Shown here piece by piece: positions 46,359-55,915 of a DNA stretch of 64,000 bases. Source of the stretch: Candidatus Iainarchaeum sp. GTDB lineage: Archaea; Iainarchaeota; Iainarchaeia; Iainarchaeales; JACQJH01. A model generated the notes under the pieces. It was not told where the DNA came from and ran no database searches. It saw only the letters and a list, made by a program, of their open reading frames with translations. How positions within the stretch are numbered: the stretch's first letter is position 1; each line of letters starts with the position of its first letter. The DNA lies in assembly GCA_016205145.1 (NCBI GenBank), contig JACQJH010000001.1, positions 451,501 to 515,500 of the forward strand. The letters are read 5' to 3'. The position numbers and the translations under genes are program-made.

Positions 46359-46943
46359 ATGGTTTCCGAAGCGGAAATAATCAGGGCGCTCGATTCATCC
46401 GGACGCGGCCAGTCGATTTCCGAGCTTTCCGGCAGGCTCAAGGCCGACAGGCGCACTACCGCCAAACTGCTTGAAGTGCTCAAGGCGAAAGGCATTGTAG
46501 AGTTCGAGCGCGTGGGCATGGTCAAATTGTGGTCGGTTTCCAAGTCGCCGATAATTTCACTGCTTTTGAAGGACGACGAGCAGAGCGTCGTGCTGAAAAA
46601 CATCCTCAACTCGCTTGACGAGGGAATAAGCATTCTCGACAAGGACCTGAAAATCATCTGGGTAAACGACACCGTAAAAAAAATGGCGAAGCGCCTGACG
46701 CACCTGCAGGGCAGGCGCTGCTATGAAACCTACCTGAACCGCAAGGACATCTGTGCAAAGTGTCCTGCAATGAAAACCTTCAGCTCCGACAAAATGCAGA
46801 AATCCGTAGAGCGCGGAAAGGACAAGAACAACAACTCCTACCACTACCAGTTCATCACCGCGCCGATCAGGGGCAGGGACGGAAAGGCAATCGCGATAAT
46901 CGAAACGATCCGGGATTTGTCCGACTTGACAGGCAAAGCCTGA
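46359..46943 (+). CDS. Winged-HTH + PAS-domain sensor/regulator.
   Basis: N-terminal wHTH (ISELSGRL...TAKLLEVLKAKGIVEF) followed by a PAS-like fold with Cys residues (CYETY...CAKCPAM). Confidence 0.5.
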   Translation: MVSEAEIIRALDSSGRGQSISELSGRLKADRRTTAKLLEVLKAKGIVEFERVGMVKLWSVSKSPIISLLLKDDEQSVVLKNILNSLDEGISILDKDLKIIWVNDTVKKMAKRLTHLQGRRCYETYLNRKDICAKCPAMKTFSSDKMQKSVERGKDKNNNSYHYQFITAPIRGRDGKAIAIIETIRDLSDLTGKA

Positions 46944-47039
46944 ATTTTTTTTGATTGCCTGCGCAATTCAAATCACCGGCAACCCGCCTGTGTTCGCTTA
47001 AAAAACCCTGGGCAGTTCAATTTTTCCAAGCTGATTCAA

Positions 47040-48335
47040 ATGGCCGAACCTGTCGATATGAACCATGCGTTTTCAAAGGCGCTTGAACTGATGGAAGGGA
47101 CGCGCAAAAACGTTTTCATTACGGGAAGGGCGGGCACGGGCAAATCGACCCTGCTGGGCCATTTCAAAAGCGTTTCAAAAAAACGGCTTGCTGTAATCGC
47201 CCCGACCGGTGTTGCGGCTGTCAACGTCGGCGGCCAGACAATCCACTCGTTTTTCGGCTTCAAGCCGAACATCACGGTCGGCAAGGTGAAGGTTTCAAAA
47301 AAGCGCAGGATATTCGAGGCCCTAGACGCAATCATCATCGACGAAATTTCGATGGTGCGTGCCGACATCCTGGACTGCATCGACCGTTTCCTGAGAGTCA
47401 ACCGCGGCAATCTTGGCGAGCCGTTCGGCGGCGTGCAGATGATTTTGTTCGGCGACCTCTATCAGCTTCCGCCGATTGTGTCTGGTGCTGAGCGCGCGCA
47501 CTTTTCGACTTTTTACCGAAGCCCATACTTTTTCGACTCGGATGCCTTTGAAGGCCTCGGGCTTGAAATAATCGAGCTTGACGAGGTTTACAGGCAGAAG
47601 GACAGGGAATTCGTAAGCTTGCTTGACGGGGTAAGGCATAACAGGATTTCCGACGAGCACCTGAAGCGCCTGAATGCACGGGTCATGCCGTCCTTTGAGC
47701 CGAAAGAAAACGAATTTTACGTGCGCCTGTGCACGCTGAACAGCATGGCGGATGAAATCAACGCGGCGGAACTCGAAAAAATCAAAGCCTATGAATACCG
47801 CTTCCGCGCGGCATCGGAAGGCGATTTCGGAAACGAGTACATGCCATGCGAACAGGAACTCAAACTCAAACTGGGCGCGCAGGTGATGTTTTTGAACAAC
47901 GATTCGGAAAAGCGCTGGGTGAACGGCTCGATGGGAAAAGTCATAGGCTTCCGCAGGGAAAATGAAAACTATGCAATCCAGGTCGAACTGCCCACAAAGG
48001 AAAAGGTTGCCGTAAACCCGCACACCTGGGAACTGTTCAGGCCGAAACTCGACCCGCTCCGGAACGCGCTCGCATATGAAACGATCGGCTCTTTCACGCA
48101 GTATCCTTTGCGCCTGGCCTGGGCCATCACAATCCACAAAAGCCAGGGAAAAACGTTCGAAAAGGCGATAATCGATTTCGGCCATGGAACATTTGCGCCG
48201 GGACAGGCTTACGTCGCCTTGAGCCGGTGCACGACGCTTGAAGGCATGGTCCTCAAAAGGCCGCTTGAAAAAAGGCACGTGATGGTCGACAAAAAAATCG
48301 CGGACTTCATGGAAAAAGCGAAAAAGCCGGGATGA
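47040..48335 (+). CDS. Pif1/RecD-family 5'-3' DNA helicase.
   Basis: Walker A GRAGTGKST and DEISMV. The C-terminus AITIHKSQGKTF...AYVALSRC is the Pif1/UvrD_C_2 signature. Confidence 0.8.
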   Translation: MAEPVDMNHAFSKALELMEGTRKNVFITGRAGTGKSTLLGHFKSVSKKRLAVIAPTGVAAVNVGGQTIHSFFGFKPNITVGKVKVSKKRRIFEALDAIIIDEISMVRADILDCIDRFLRVNRGNLGEPFGGVQMILFGDLYQLPPIVSGAERAHFSTFYRSPYFFDSDAFEGLGLEIIELDEVYRQKDREFVSLLDGVRHNRISDEHLKRLNARVMPSFEPKENEFYVRLCTLNSMADEINAAELEKIKAYEYRFRAASEGDFGNEYMPCEQELKLKLGAQVMFLNNDSEKRWVNGSMGKVIGFRRENENYAIQVELPTKEKVAVNPHTWELFRPKLDPLRNALAYETIGSFTQYPLRLAWAITIHKSQGKTFEKAIIDFGHGTFAPGQAYVALSRCTTLEGMVLKRPLEKRHVMVDKKIADFMEKAKKPG

Positions 48336-48439
48336 TGGCTAGAACCTAGGGCGCCCAAAGAAATGACTGGTCAAGTGGATAATTGTATGGGTAGATAATT
48401 AATAACATTCATTCAATAAATTAAATTATTTTTTGAAGT

Positions 48440-49150
48440 TTGCGTGTCTGGGTGATTAATATAGGAAACCCAATAAATTTTGTCAAAACAAGTTTTAACA
48501 AAATAATAATCAGCACAAAAATTCAAAAAATCAATTATGTGCAACGAATTCTCCTGCTCGTAGTGTCTTGGACGCTTATTGGCTCGATTATAGGAATAAA
48601 TCTAGTAAAATTTAATCTCATTGAAGTTTCAAATTCGTCAATTATTGGTTTGTGTATTTTTAATTGTAATAATATTCAAAATGTCCAAGACAACAAAATA
48701 ACCGAAGAACAAAGGCAAATTGAATATAATAAACATCTGAGGCTTGTGGATTCAACTATTGCAGAGCTAAAAAACAATAGGGGTATTGCTAATCAGTATT
48801 TTGATGATAACAAATCGTATCTAGTTTATCACTACCTATTTTCAAAACGATTTAAAACGACCCAGCTTGAAACGCTAATAAACTCTTCAGATTTTAGAAA
48901 CAATAGCATTATGGGACTTCTAGGTATAGTTGAAACAAACACCAAAAGTGCAAATAAATATCTTGACAATTTAGAACAAATGTTAAAACAAATTGAAACT
49001 GAAGGGCAGTATGATCAATATGGTAAATATGAAGAAACATTTCAAAATATTTTTGAAAAAATTATTAAACCGCTGAACCAAGCGCAAGAAACATTAATTC
49101 AGTTATTAACAAAATACAAGGTTTCTGTGGGCATTAATTCTTTTCCGTGA
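48440..49150 (+). CDS. Orphan ORF within an approximately 0.85 kb AT-rich islet. It is a membrane-anchored, Asn/Ile/Lys-rich protein, and its start is uncertain.
   Basis: The island has strikingly low GC relative to its flanks. There is one TM segment and no recognised motif. Confidence 0.3.
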   Translation: MRVWVINIGNPINFVKTSFNKIIISTKIQKINYVQRILLLVVSWTLIGSIIGINLVKFNLIEVSNSSIIGLCIFNCNNIQNVQDNKITEEQRQIEYNKHLRLVDSTIAELKNNRGIANQYFDDNKSYLVYHYLFSKRFKTTQLETLINSSDFRNNSIMGLLGIVETNTKSANKYLDNLEQMLKQIETEGQYDQYGKYEETFQNIFEKIIKPLNQAQETLIQLLTKYKVSVGINSFP

Positions 49151-49198
49151 GCAAATAAAATTTTGTGTGGCGGTTATTGAATCTTGGTCCTTTTGTTA

Positions 49199-51031
49199 TT
49201 ATTCCCACTCGATCGTCGCGGGCGGCTTGTGCGTTATGTCGACGTACACTCCGCTGATCTTTGTCTTCGGCACTTTTTCCAAAAGCTTTTTCACGAACTT
49301 TTCGGGCAGGGGGAAAAATTTTGCGGTCATTGCCTCGCGGCTCTGCACCGGCCTCAAGACAATCGATTCGCGGCGCCTGCAGTCCGTTCCAACTGGAATC
49401 AAAACTGTCGGGAACTGCCATATTTCATTCATCAGGCCCTGCTTTTCGACCAGCTTCATCACAATCTCATCCATTTCCTGCAGCAATTCAATCCTTTTAG
49501 CGTTCAAATCCTTTGCGAACAGGTTGATGCTTTCCGCCTTTTCCCGGTTAACGCAATAGACAACCCTGTTGACTTCCGGCACTTCGTTTGTGATGCGCGT
49601 TGAAACGAATTCAAGGGCCTTCCAGCCGCTTTTGCCGAACAATGCCATGACATGCTTGTACGAGCGCGAATCGCCCTGGACGCCGACGCTTTTCAATGGC
49701 AAAACCTTTGGCCGCAAACCGGATTCGGCGCAGATTCCGGAAGCCTTTTTTTCGATTGCGGCAATCTCCTTTGCGCTGGAATCACTTTTGCCATTTGAGC
49801 ACAATGCCCTGATTGCAAGTCCCGGCCCGGGAAACGGGTGCCTCAAAACCATTTCATTGGGCAAACCGATGCTTTCGCCCAGCGCCCTGACTTCATCCTT
49901 GTACAACTGCTTCAACGGCTCTATGACAATGCCTTTCGCAATCATTTCCTCTATGACCGGAACGCGGTTGTGGTGCGTCTTGATTTTAGAGGCAAACTTT
50001 GTTCCGGCAGTCTCAATCGTGTCAGGATAAATAGTTCCCTGGCACAAAACCCACTGCTCATGGTTCAATCCGAGCTTTTCAATTTCCGCCTGCATTATTT
50101 CAACAAACAGGTTGCCTATGATTTTTCGCTTTTCCTCCGGGTCGAAAACGCCCTTAAGCGCCGCGAAAAACCTTTTCGACGCGTCAACGGTTGTAACATC
50201 GCACAATCCGAGCTTTTTGAACGCCTTTTTCACGCTTTTCGATTCATTCCTGCGCATGAAGCCCGTGTCAACGTGCAAGGCAAAAACCCTGTCACGCGGC
50301 AGGGCCTTACTCACCAAAGCCAATGCAACAGTGCTGTCGACTCCGCCGGAAACAAGGCTGAAAACCTTCCTGTCGCCGACAGCCCTGACAATCTCGATTA
50401 TCTCCCTTGAAAGATAATTTTCCATTGTCCAGTTTGCATCGCAGCCGCACACGTCAAAAACAAAATTCTTGAGAATCTGCATGCCGTTCTCAGTATGCGT
50501 GACTTCAGGATGAAACTGCAAACCGAAAAATTTCCTGCCTGCATCAGCAACCGCCGCGGCTTCACAGTCGTCGGTGCTGCCAATCACTTCAAACCCTTCC
50601 GGCAGTTTCTCGACAGTGTCGCCGTGCGACATCCACACCTTTTCATTGCCCTGCAACAAGTGGAACAGCCCTTCGGATTTTTTGACGTGCAGGAAAGCCG
50701 AGCCGTACTCCTTTGTCTTTCCGGCAGAAACCGTTCCGCCAAGCGCCTGTGCCATTAATTGGTGGCCATAACAAATGCCCAGCACCGGCTTGCCCAGTCC
50801 GAGAATCTTCCTGTTGAACGGCGGAGCATTCCTGTCGTAAACCGAGTTCGGCCCGCCGGACAAAATTATCCCGCAGCAGTTTTCAAGCTCTTTTTCGGAA
50901 ACAGTCGGCTCCTTTATCTCCGAAAAAACGTTCATTTCGCGGACGCGCCTTGCAATCAGATGCGCGTACTGCGCGCCGAAGTCGATTACAACTATGCCCT
51001 TCTGTTCCTGCATAAACTCAGATAACATCAA
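49199..51031 (-). CDS. guaA: GMP synthase (glutamine-hydrolysing).
   Basis: GATase GICYGHQ, PP-loop SGGVDSTV, and C-terminal IEWE. Confidence 0.92.
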   Translation of the reverse strand: MMLSEFMQEQKGIVVIDFGAQYAHLIARRVREMNVFSEIKEPTVSEKELENCCGIILSGGPNSVYDRNAPPFNRKILGLGKPVLGICYGHQLMAQALGGTVSAGKTKEYGSAFLHVKKSEGLFHLLQGNEKVWMSHGDTVEKLPEGFEVIGSTDDCEAAAVADAGRKFFGLQFHPEVTHTENGMQILKNFVFDVCGCDANWTMENYLSREIIEIVRAVGDRKVFSLVSGGVDSTVALALVSKALPRDRVFALHVDTGFMRRNESKSVKKAFKKLGLCDVTTVDASKRFFAALKGVFDPEEKRKIIGNLFVEIMQAEIEKLGLNHEQWVLCQGTIYPDTIETAGTKFASKIKTHHNRVPVIEEMIAKGIVIEPLKQLYKDEVRALGESIGLPNEMVLRHPFPGPGLAIRALCSNGKSDSSAKEIAAIEKKASGICAESGLRPKVLPLKSVGVQGDSRSYKHVMALFGKSGWKALEFVSTRITNEVPEVNRVVYCVNREKAESINLFAKDLNAKRIELLQEMDEIVMKLVEKQGLMNEIWQFPTVLIPVGTDCRRRESIVLRPVQSREAMTAKFFPLPEKFVKKLLEKVPKTKISGVYVDITHKPPATIEWE

Positions 51032-51189
51032 AAACCTTTAAACACGAACACAACACCAAAAACCGCACGAACGCCTTGAATGCAAAAGAGAAAAAGAGTG
51101 TTTCCCGAAACCGCGGAAATTATGTCCAATCCCAAAACATATTTAAAAAGTTGCAGGCAAAAACCTTGAAAGTGTTGGGAGTTGAAGGG

Positions 51190-51365
51190 GCGAGTCATAC
51201 CGCTTGCGGTTCCCTGGCTTGCCCTCTCATTTTTATCCTGAGCCGCTTTCGTCCGGCTCGCCGTCTCGTCCGGCGGGTACGTTTTGTGGTGTTCGCGCCG
51301 TTGCGGAACACCACGCATGCTTTGCGGGGTTTGCAAGGGGTGCAACCCCTGCGTTTTATCCGGCT
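51190..51365 (+). ncRNA. Candidate structured ncRNA of unknown identity, made of multiple GC-rich hairpins. The strand is uncertain.
   Basis: Nested inverted repeats (GAGCCG..CGGCTC, GTGGTGTTC..GAACACCAC, GGGG-TGCAA-CCCC). No ORF. It is directly followed by a copy of the tRNA-trailer module. Confidence 0.2.
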
Positions 51366-51411
51366 GGTTCGAAACCAAGGCGGCCTGCTGTTGCAAGCCG
51401 CCGAGTGAGTC
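51366..51411 (+). repeat. tRNA-trailer-like module copy B (GGTTCGAAACCAAGGCG + hairpin + CGCCGAGTGAGT), not preceded by a recognisable tRNA.
   Basis: Core GAAACCAAGGCG and CGCCGAGT, with a distinct stem sequence. Confidence 0.4.
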
Positions 51412-51531
51412 AGTACTCCTGACCCTCCCCCGAAATTCCTGATTTTTTCCCACAAAAACCATTAAAAAACTCCCTGACCAAGAATAGTTCAAGGCACCGG
51501 AATCAAAGTGCCAAAAAGCCACCATCAAATT

Positions 51532-51735
51532 GCGGGGGTGGCGGAGCGGTCTAACGCGCCAGCCTTGAGAAACCTTTTTCTTTCTTGAGAAGAAAGAAAA
51601 AGCTTCAATGCAAAATCAAAGATTTTGCATGCATCAAAAATTTGATTTTTGATGTACCAAAAAGAAAGAACCGTTCTTTGTTTCAGGCAAGCTGGTATCC
51701 GAAAGGATGCGCGAGTTCGAATCTCGTCCCCCGCG
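51532..51735 (+). tRNA. tRNA-Ser (anticodon UGA), class II, with an approximately 120-nt intron in the anticodon loop.
   Basis: Exons give a GCGGGGG/CCCCCGC acceptor, a 3-bp D-stem with an 11-nt loop, anticodon stem CCAGC/GCTGG, loop CUUGAG|A, a long variable arm, TTCGAAT, and G73. The intron is 51570-51689. Confidence 0.75.
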
Positions 51736-51736
51736 A

Positions 51737-51800
51737 GCACGCAGTTTCGGCTGCGTGGAGCGAAACTAAGGCGGTTCACACTGTGAACCGCCGAGTAAGC
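51737..51800 (+). repeat. tRNA-trailer module copy C.
   Basis: Hairpin CACGCAG-TTTCGG-CTGCGTG, then GAGCGAAACTAAGGCG, a hairpin, and CGCCGAGTAAGC. Confidence 0.5.
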
Positions 51801-51887
51801 AAAAAAATCACATCGCGTTTTTCGCCTTGCAAAACCGGTTTCGTTTTTAAACATTTTCCACCCAATCTTGGACAAGGTGAGTTGTGG

Positions 51888-52442
51888 ATGAAAAGGCTTG
51901 CAATCGCTTTAATCGCAATCTTATTGCTTTTCGGCTGCACCGTGCCGAAAAAGCCGTCAGGCAATGACAATAATGCGGCTGTAAATCCCCCAGTTGGAGT
52001 TGATTTGATGAAAAACGTTGTGGAAAAAGGCGACACTGTCAAAGCCGACTACATTGGCACGTTTGTCGACGGCAACAAGTTTGATTCTTCGATTGACCGG
52101 AAAGAGCCGCTGGAATTCGTGGCCGGCGCCGGACAGATGATAAAAGGCTTTGACGCCGCAGTCATTGGCATGAAATTGAACGATGAGAAGAACATAACTC
52201 TCCAGCCCAAGGACGCGTACGGCGAAAAGGACCAAAGCCTGGTCAAGCAGGTTCCGAAATCCAATCTTACCGACCAGAACATTTCACCCGAAGTCGGCAT
52301 GACCTTGTTCGCGAACGGCCAGCAGATTGAAGTCACGGCAGTCGACGAGAACACAGTCACTTTGGACTTCAACAGCAGGATGGCGGGCAAAACCCTGAAC
52401 TTCTGGCTCAAAGTGGTCGGAATAACCAAAAAGCGGGCTTAA
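51888..52442 (+). CDS. FKBP-type peptidyl-prolyl cis-trans isomerase, lipoprotein-like.
   Basis: Lipobox LLFGC. FKBP core YIGTFVDGNKFDSS...FVAGAGQMIKGFDAAVIGM. Confidence 0.75.
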   Translation: MKRLAIALIAILLLFGCTVPKKPSGNDNNAAVNPPVGVDLMKNVVEKGDTVKADYIGTFVDGNKFDSSIDRKEPLEFVAGAGQMIKGFDAAVIGMKLNDEKNITLQPKDAYGEKDQSLVKQVPKSNLTDQNISPEVGMTLFANGQQIEVTAVDENTVTLDFNSRMAGKTLNFWLKVVGITKKRA

Positions 52443-52640
52443 ACCAAGCCTGCCCCTCTTTTTTTATTCTTTATTTAACAGCTTTTGGTATGTTAGGATA
52501 AGCCGCCGGGCGGCAGAGGCATTGAGCTTTTGCGAAATGCCTCAACATCGCACGTTGGCGACGAAAACGCGCTGAAAGCGCGTAGGGCTATGCGAGTGAA
52601 ACGAGCATAGTGCGTCGCACCAGACGGGCGATGACGTCTT

Positions 52641-52824
52641 GCGGGGGTGGCGGAGTGGTCTAACGCGCCAGCCTGGAACTGCCCTTTCTTTTCTTTGAAA
52701 AAGAAAAGAAAGTGCAAGGTGCCCAAAGAAAAGAAAACGGGCCATTGCCCGGAAAAGGCGCTTTGCAAGGCACCAACAAGCTGGTTTCCGCAAGGAAGCG
52801 CGAGTTCGAATCTCGTCCCCCGCG
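52641..52824 (+). tRNA. tRNA-Ser (anticodon GGA), class II, with an approximately 100-nt intron.
   Basis: The exons are near-identical to the tRNA-Ser(UGA) exons. The anticodon loop is CUGGAA|A. The intron is 52679-52778. Confidence 0.75.
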
Positions 52825-52888
52825 TGCCGCTTTCGGGCGGCAGTGCCGAAACCAAGGCGTATTGCTAATCGCAATACGCCGAGTAGGC
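52825..52888 (+). repeat. tRNA-trailer module copy D.
   Basis: Hairpin TGCCGC-TTTCGG-GCGGCA, then GTGCCGAAACCAAGGCG, a hairpin, and CGCCGAGTAGGC. Confidence 0.5.
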
Positions 52889-52943
52889 TCAATCAGGCAA
52901 AAAGGCTATTAAGCTTTAGCAGAAAGAATTAATCTTACTCAAA

Positions 52944-53026
52944 GCGGGGTTACCCAAGCGGTTAACGGGAGCGGGTTGAGGGCCCGTAGCTTAGTGCTTA
53001 CAGCGGTTCGAATCCGCTACCCCGCA
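52944..53026 (+). tRNA. tRNA-Leu (anticodon GAG), class II, with no intron.
   Basis: Acceptor GCGGGGT/ACCCCGC, anticodon loop UUGAGGG, long variable arm, A73. An integrase gene lies immediately downstream. Confidence 0.8.
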
Positions 53027-53087
53027 AAAGAAAATTGCGTTCTGTTTTGACCCCCTGCTTTTATTTGAAAAAGGCAGGAGGGTTTGT

Positions 53088-54209
53088 ATGATTAAGACAG
53101 AATCGCAGCTTTCAAACTACTTTTCTGGGTTCGAGGAACAGATAGGCAAGCACAACGCCCAGTTAATAATTGCTTTTGCCGAAAAGCACAGGGCGACCGT
53201 TACAGAGCCGAGCCTTCAACGAATTAGCACGGTTTGCATTCGTTTGAAGTCTATTGCCAAGTGGCTGAACAAGCCTCTGGACAGGCTAACCGAAGCCGAC
53301 CTAATCAGGCTTAACACGGCAATGCGCGACAAGGGCATGAAGTCAAGCGCGGACTACCGGCAATGCCTAAAGCACTTTTTCAAGCTGACCGACAAAAAGC
53401 GTTTCTATGACCTCATTGAATCAGAATACCTGCGAAACGTCAAGAAAAAGGGCACAGACCAGCTTGTGGACGCGGAAGAATTTTGGAGTCAAAGCCAATG
53501 CAACGATTATCTCATGGAAAGCCTTAACCGTTCCAAAAGGCACGGTGCGTTTGCTGCAATTTGGTTGTCGTGTGGCATGAGGCCGCATGAAATAATGGGT
53601 TTGCATAAGGCAGACCTTGAATTGGATGGACAAAGCCTTGTAGTCAAGGTTCGGAGCGGCAAAACCGGCAAAAGAACAATCGTGTTAAACGGCAACGAAG
53701 GAACAGGGGTTTTTCGATATGTTGAGCCTTACCTTGACACTTTGAAAGACAACGAAAAGCTATTTTCCCTGACTTACAAGGCCGTTGAAAAATGCCACCA
53801 CAACATTTGTGAAAAAATAGGCTTGCCGGAAGGCAAAAGCCGAAAGCTTTACATGAGCAGAAAACGGACTTTGACACGCTGGTATAACGAGTTTGGGCTT
53901 GTCAAGGCCGCCAAAATGTGCGGCCACGTGCAAGGCGGTCGGGCAATGAAACACTATTTGGACATGACCGACGAGGAATTGAAGGAAAACAAGCGGCCGG
54001 AACGCCTTGAAAACAAGGTTTGCCCCAATCCAAATTGCAAGCAAGTCAACGAACCGCTTAGCGGCCTATGCTCCAAATGCAGCAGCCCGCTGGACAGGGA
54101 ACGCTTTGACGAGCTGATAAAAAGCAGCTTGGACGAACTGGTTGAAACAAAAATTGCGCTGGCAATCGTCAAACTCCAAAATGAAGCCCTGAAACTCAAA
54201 ACCCAATAG
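53088..54209 (+). CDS. int: Tyrosine recombinase/integrase with a C-terminal zinc ribbon.
   Basis: Catalytic region RPHEI...GHVQGGRAMKHY. C-terminal CPNPNC...CSKC. Confidence 0.85.
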   Translation: MIKTESQLSNYFSGFEEQIGKHNAQLIIAFAEKHRATVTEPSLQRISTVCIRLKSIAKWLNKPLDRLTEADLIRLNTAMRDKGMKSSADYRQCLKHFFKLTDKKRFYDLIESEYLRNVKKKGTDQLVDAEEFWSQSQCNDYLMESLNRSKRHGAFAAIWLSCGMRPHEIMGLHKADLELDGQSLVVKVRSGKTGKRTIVLNGNEGTGVFRYVEPYLDTLKDNEKLFSLTYKAVEKCHHNICEKIGLPEGKSRKLYMSRKRTLTRWYNEFGLVKAAKMCGHVQGGRAMKHYLDMTDEELKENKRPERLENKVCPNPNCKQVNEPLSGLCSKCSSPLDRERFDELIKSSLDELVETKIALAIVKLQNEALKLKTQ

Positions 54210-54759
54210 GCTGCCCTTCATGTGCCAACAAAAAGGTTATAAATGCCAGACGATTTATTTACTGTATGAATAGTGCCGGAGCAGGCAATGTTGATGCAAT
54301 AGCTGTTTTTGGTGTTGCCGGAGCGATTTTAGGCGCAATTTTTCCCATTTTTGGAACCAACACCGTCATAGTTGGGCTGTTTGCCGGCATAATAATAGGG
54401 TTCCTTATACAACGGGGGTGATTTTCTGGACACCCCAACATATATAGCAATTTTTGGGCTGTTTGCAGTTCTCCTTCTAATATACCGAAAATTCGTTCTG
54501 AAAAAAGAACTGTCATACAGAATTTATTTTGTGGTTATTCTCGGAACGTTATCTGTTGCAGAAGCCACGTCCGCAATCATTTTGTATTTTTTTAATTTGG
54601 ATTTGGGGATTATAAGCAAAGATTTGCTGTTTGTCGTTGCGGGTGGCTTAATGCTTTTGTTTTCTTTGGGTTTTGTTTTTCGGGAAATTCGCGAGACCGA
54701 AAAATAAGGTTAAGAGCGCTGGAAAAAGGAAAGAAAGGCACATTAGCGGTAGACTAAAA

Positions 54760-55236
54760 CTAATTCTTGCGTTTTCTATTTGAAGTCCTTCTTTTTGCTT
54801 TTGTCTTATAAACTTCGTTTACCAACTTGTTAGAGTAATAACCCCTAATATCTATGCCCAATTCTTCACATGCTTTTTTTCTGGATTTGCCTTGCCGCTT
54901 TTTATTTAAAAGCCTTTTTTTCAAATATTCTCGGTTGTGTTCTGGGCGAATGCCAGAAACCAAAATTTTTTGCACCTTGTTAAACTGTCTTTTCTTAATT
55001 ATCGACTTTTTCGACTCACAATAAAACCCATTTCTAAGAATATAACTGATTGAGCTAACTGGCATTTTCATTATTTCCGCTGTTTTTCTGATTTCAAATT
55101 CTTCCAAAAAGACCTCAAAAATATGTCTAACCTTGTTGGCTGCTTTCTTATCAATAGTCAAAACCTGTATTACCTTCTTTTCTAGTTTATAGCCTAGCGG
55201 GGCACGCCACAAAATTTTATTGCTCATACTAATCAC
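54760..55236 (-). CDS. Basic HTH DNA-binding protein in the element cargo.
   Basis: HTH-like TAEIMKMPVSSISYILRN and a Lys/Arg-rich C-terminus. Confidence 0.35.
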   Translation of the reverse strand: MISMSNKILWRAPLGYKLEKKVIQVLTIDKKAANKVRHIFEVFLEEFEIRKTAEIMKMPVSSISYILRNGFYCESKKSIIKKRQFNKVQKILVSGIRPEHNREYLKKRLLNKKRQGKSRKKACEELGIDIRGYYSNKLVNEVYKTKAKRRTSNRKRKN

Positions 55237-55344
55237 ACTAGTTCTAACTGGGTTTTAAACCAATATGTGGGGTGGCTTCTTGAACAGTATTCGTCAAACT
55301 TTTTTAGAAATGTTTTTCTTGGTCAAAGGGGGTATACTATGGGG

Positions 55345-55503
55345 ATGATTATGCCATCACAAAAACGATTCGGGAAAAAAATGAAACTTTGCGTTAGCGA
55401 GGCAATGTTTGCCCGTTTGCAAAAACTCGCCAAAAAAGAGGAGACGACAATTGCGGAAATCGTTCGCGCCACCCTGAAAAGGGAAGTAGGGGCGGAATTA
55501 TGA
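55345..55503 (+). CDS. Ribbon-helix-helix (CopG/Arc-like) protein.
   Basis: KLCVSEAMFARLQKLAKKEETTIAEIVRATL has the beta-strand plus two helices pattern. It is preceded by a GGGGG RBS. Confidence 0.45.
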   Translation: MIMPSQKRFGKKMKLCVSEAMFARLQKLAKKEETTIAEIVRATLKREVGAEL

Positions 55504-55651
55504 CCTTGTTCGCTGGAATTCCTGTGGAGAAAATTCGAAAAAGTGCGGAACTCCGCGAGGCGTTCCTTGAACTCAAAAAGGCTTTCGAGCCGGGGCGCAT
55601 TGAAAAATAAAAAAAGGCGAGGCCCTGCAAGACCTCGGCCAAAAAGAAGGT

Positions 55652-55915
55652 ATGCCAATGCAGATTACGATTTCTAGAAATAAAAGCACGGGGCTGGCGC
55701 TTTACGACGGCAAAGCCTGCGCGGTTTGCGGGGCAACGAAAGGAGGGGCAAAACGTTGGGTGTTTGTGTTTTCATACTGTCAAAAAGCCAAGGTTTGCGG
55801 CCCGTGCGTTTTTCAAATAGGCCCAGCAAATGTTTCCGAGTGGCTTGAAAAAAAAGCTGTTTTTGACAAAAAAGGCTATTTGACCGGCTTTCGGCCGGGG
55901 GTGGTCGTCCCGTGA
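55652..55915 (+). CDS. Small Cys-cluster (zinc-finger-like) protein.
   Basis: CAVCG...YCQKAKVCGPC. Confidence 0.35.
   Translation: MPMQITISRNKSTGLALYDGKACAVCGATKGGAKRWVFVFSYCQKAKVCGPCVFQIGPANVSEWLEKKAVFDKKGYLTGFRPGVVVP

Noticed and set aside
45314-46672. Full 452-aa ORF-track extent of the FTR1 gene
   Set aside because: The N-terminal 160 codons translate to Ser/Leu-rich non-protein-like sequence and overlap the nnr 3' end. The true start is most likely the internal Met preceding the first RExxE helix (46189).
47322-48278. 318-aa antisense ORF inside the Pif1-like helicase gene
   Set aside because: No motifs. The helicase frame has complete Walker A/B and Pif1 C-terminal motifs.
51190-51365. 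SRP RNA or RNase P RNA identity for the hairpin-rich region
   Set aside because: I could not find the conserved SRP helix-8 GGAA/AGCAGC core or the RNase P CR-I/CR-IV AGGAAAGUCC-type signatures by eye. It is left as an unidentified candidate.
34663-52888. CRISPR array interpretation of the recurring GAAACCAAGGCG-containing units
   Set aside because: The copies are dispersed over 18 kb, always beside tRNAs. They are not identical and have no regular spacers. They behave as a structured RNA module, not as CRISPR repeats.
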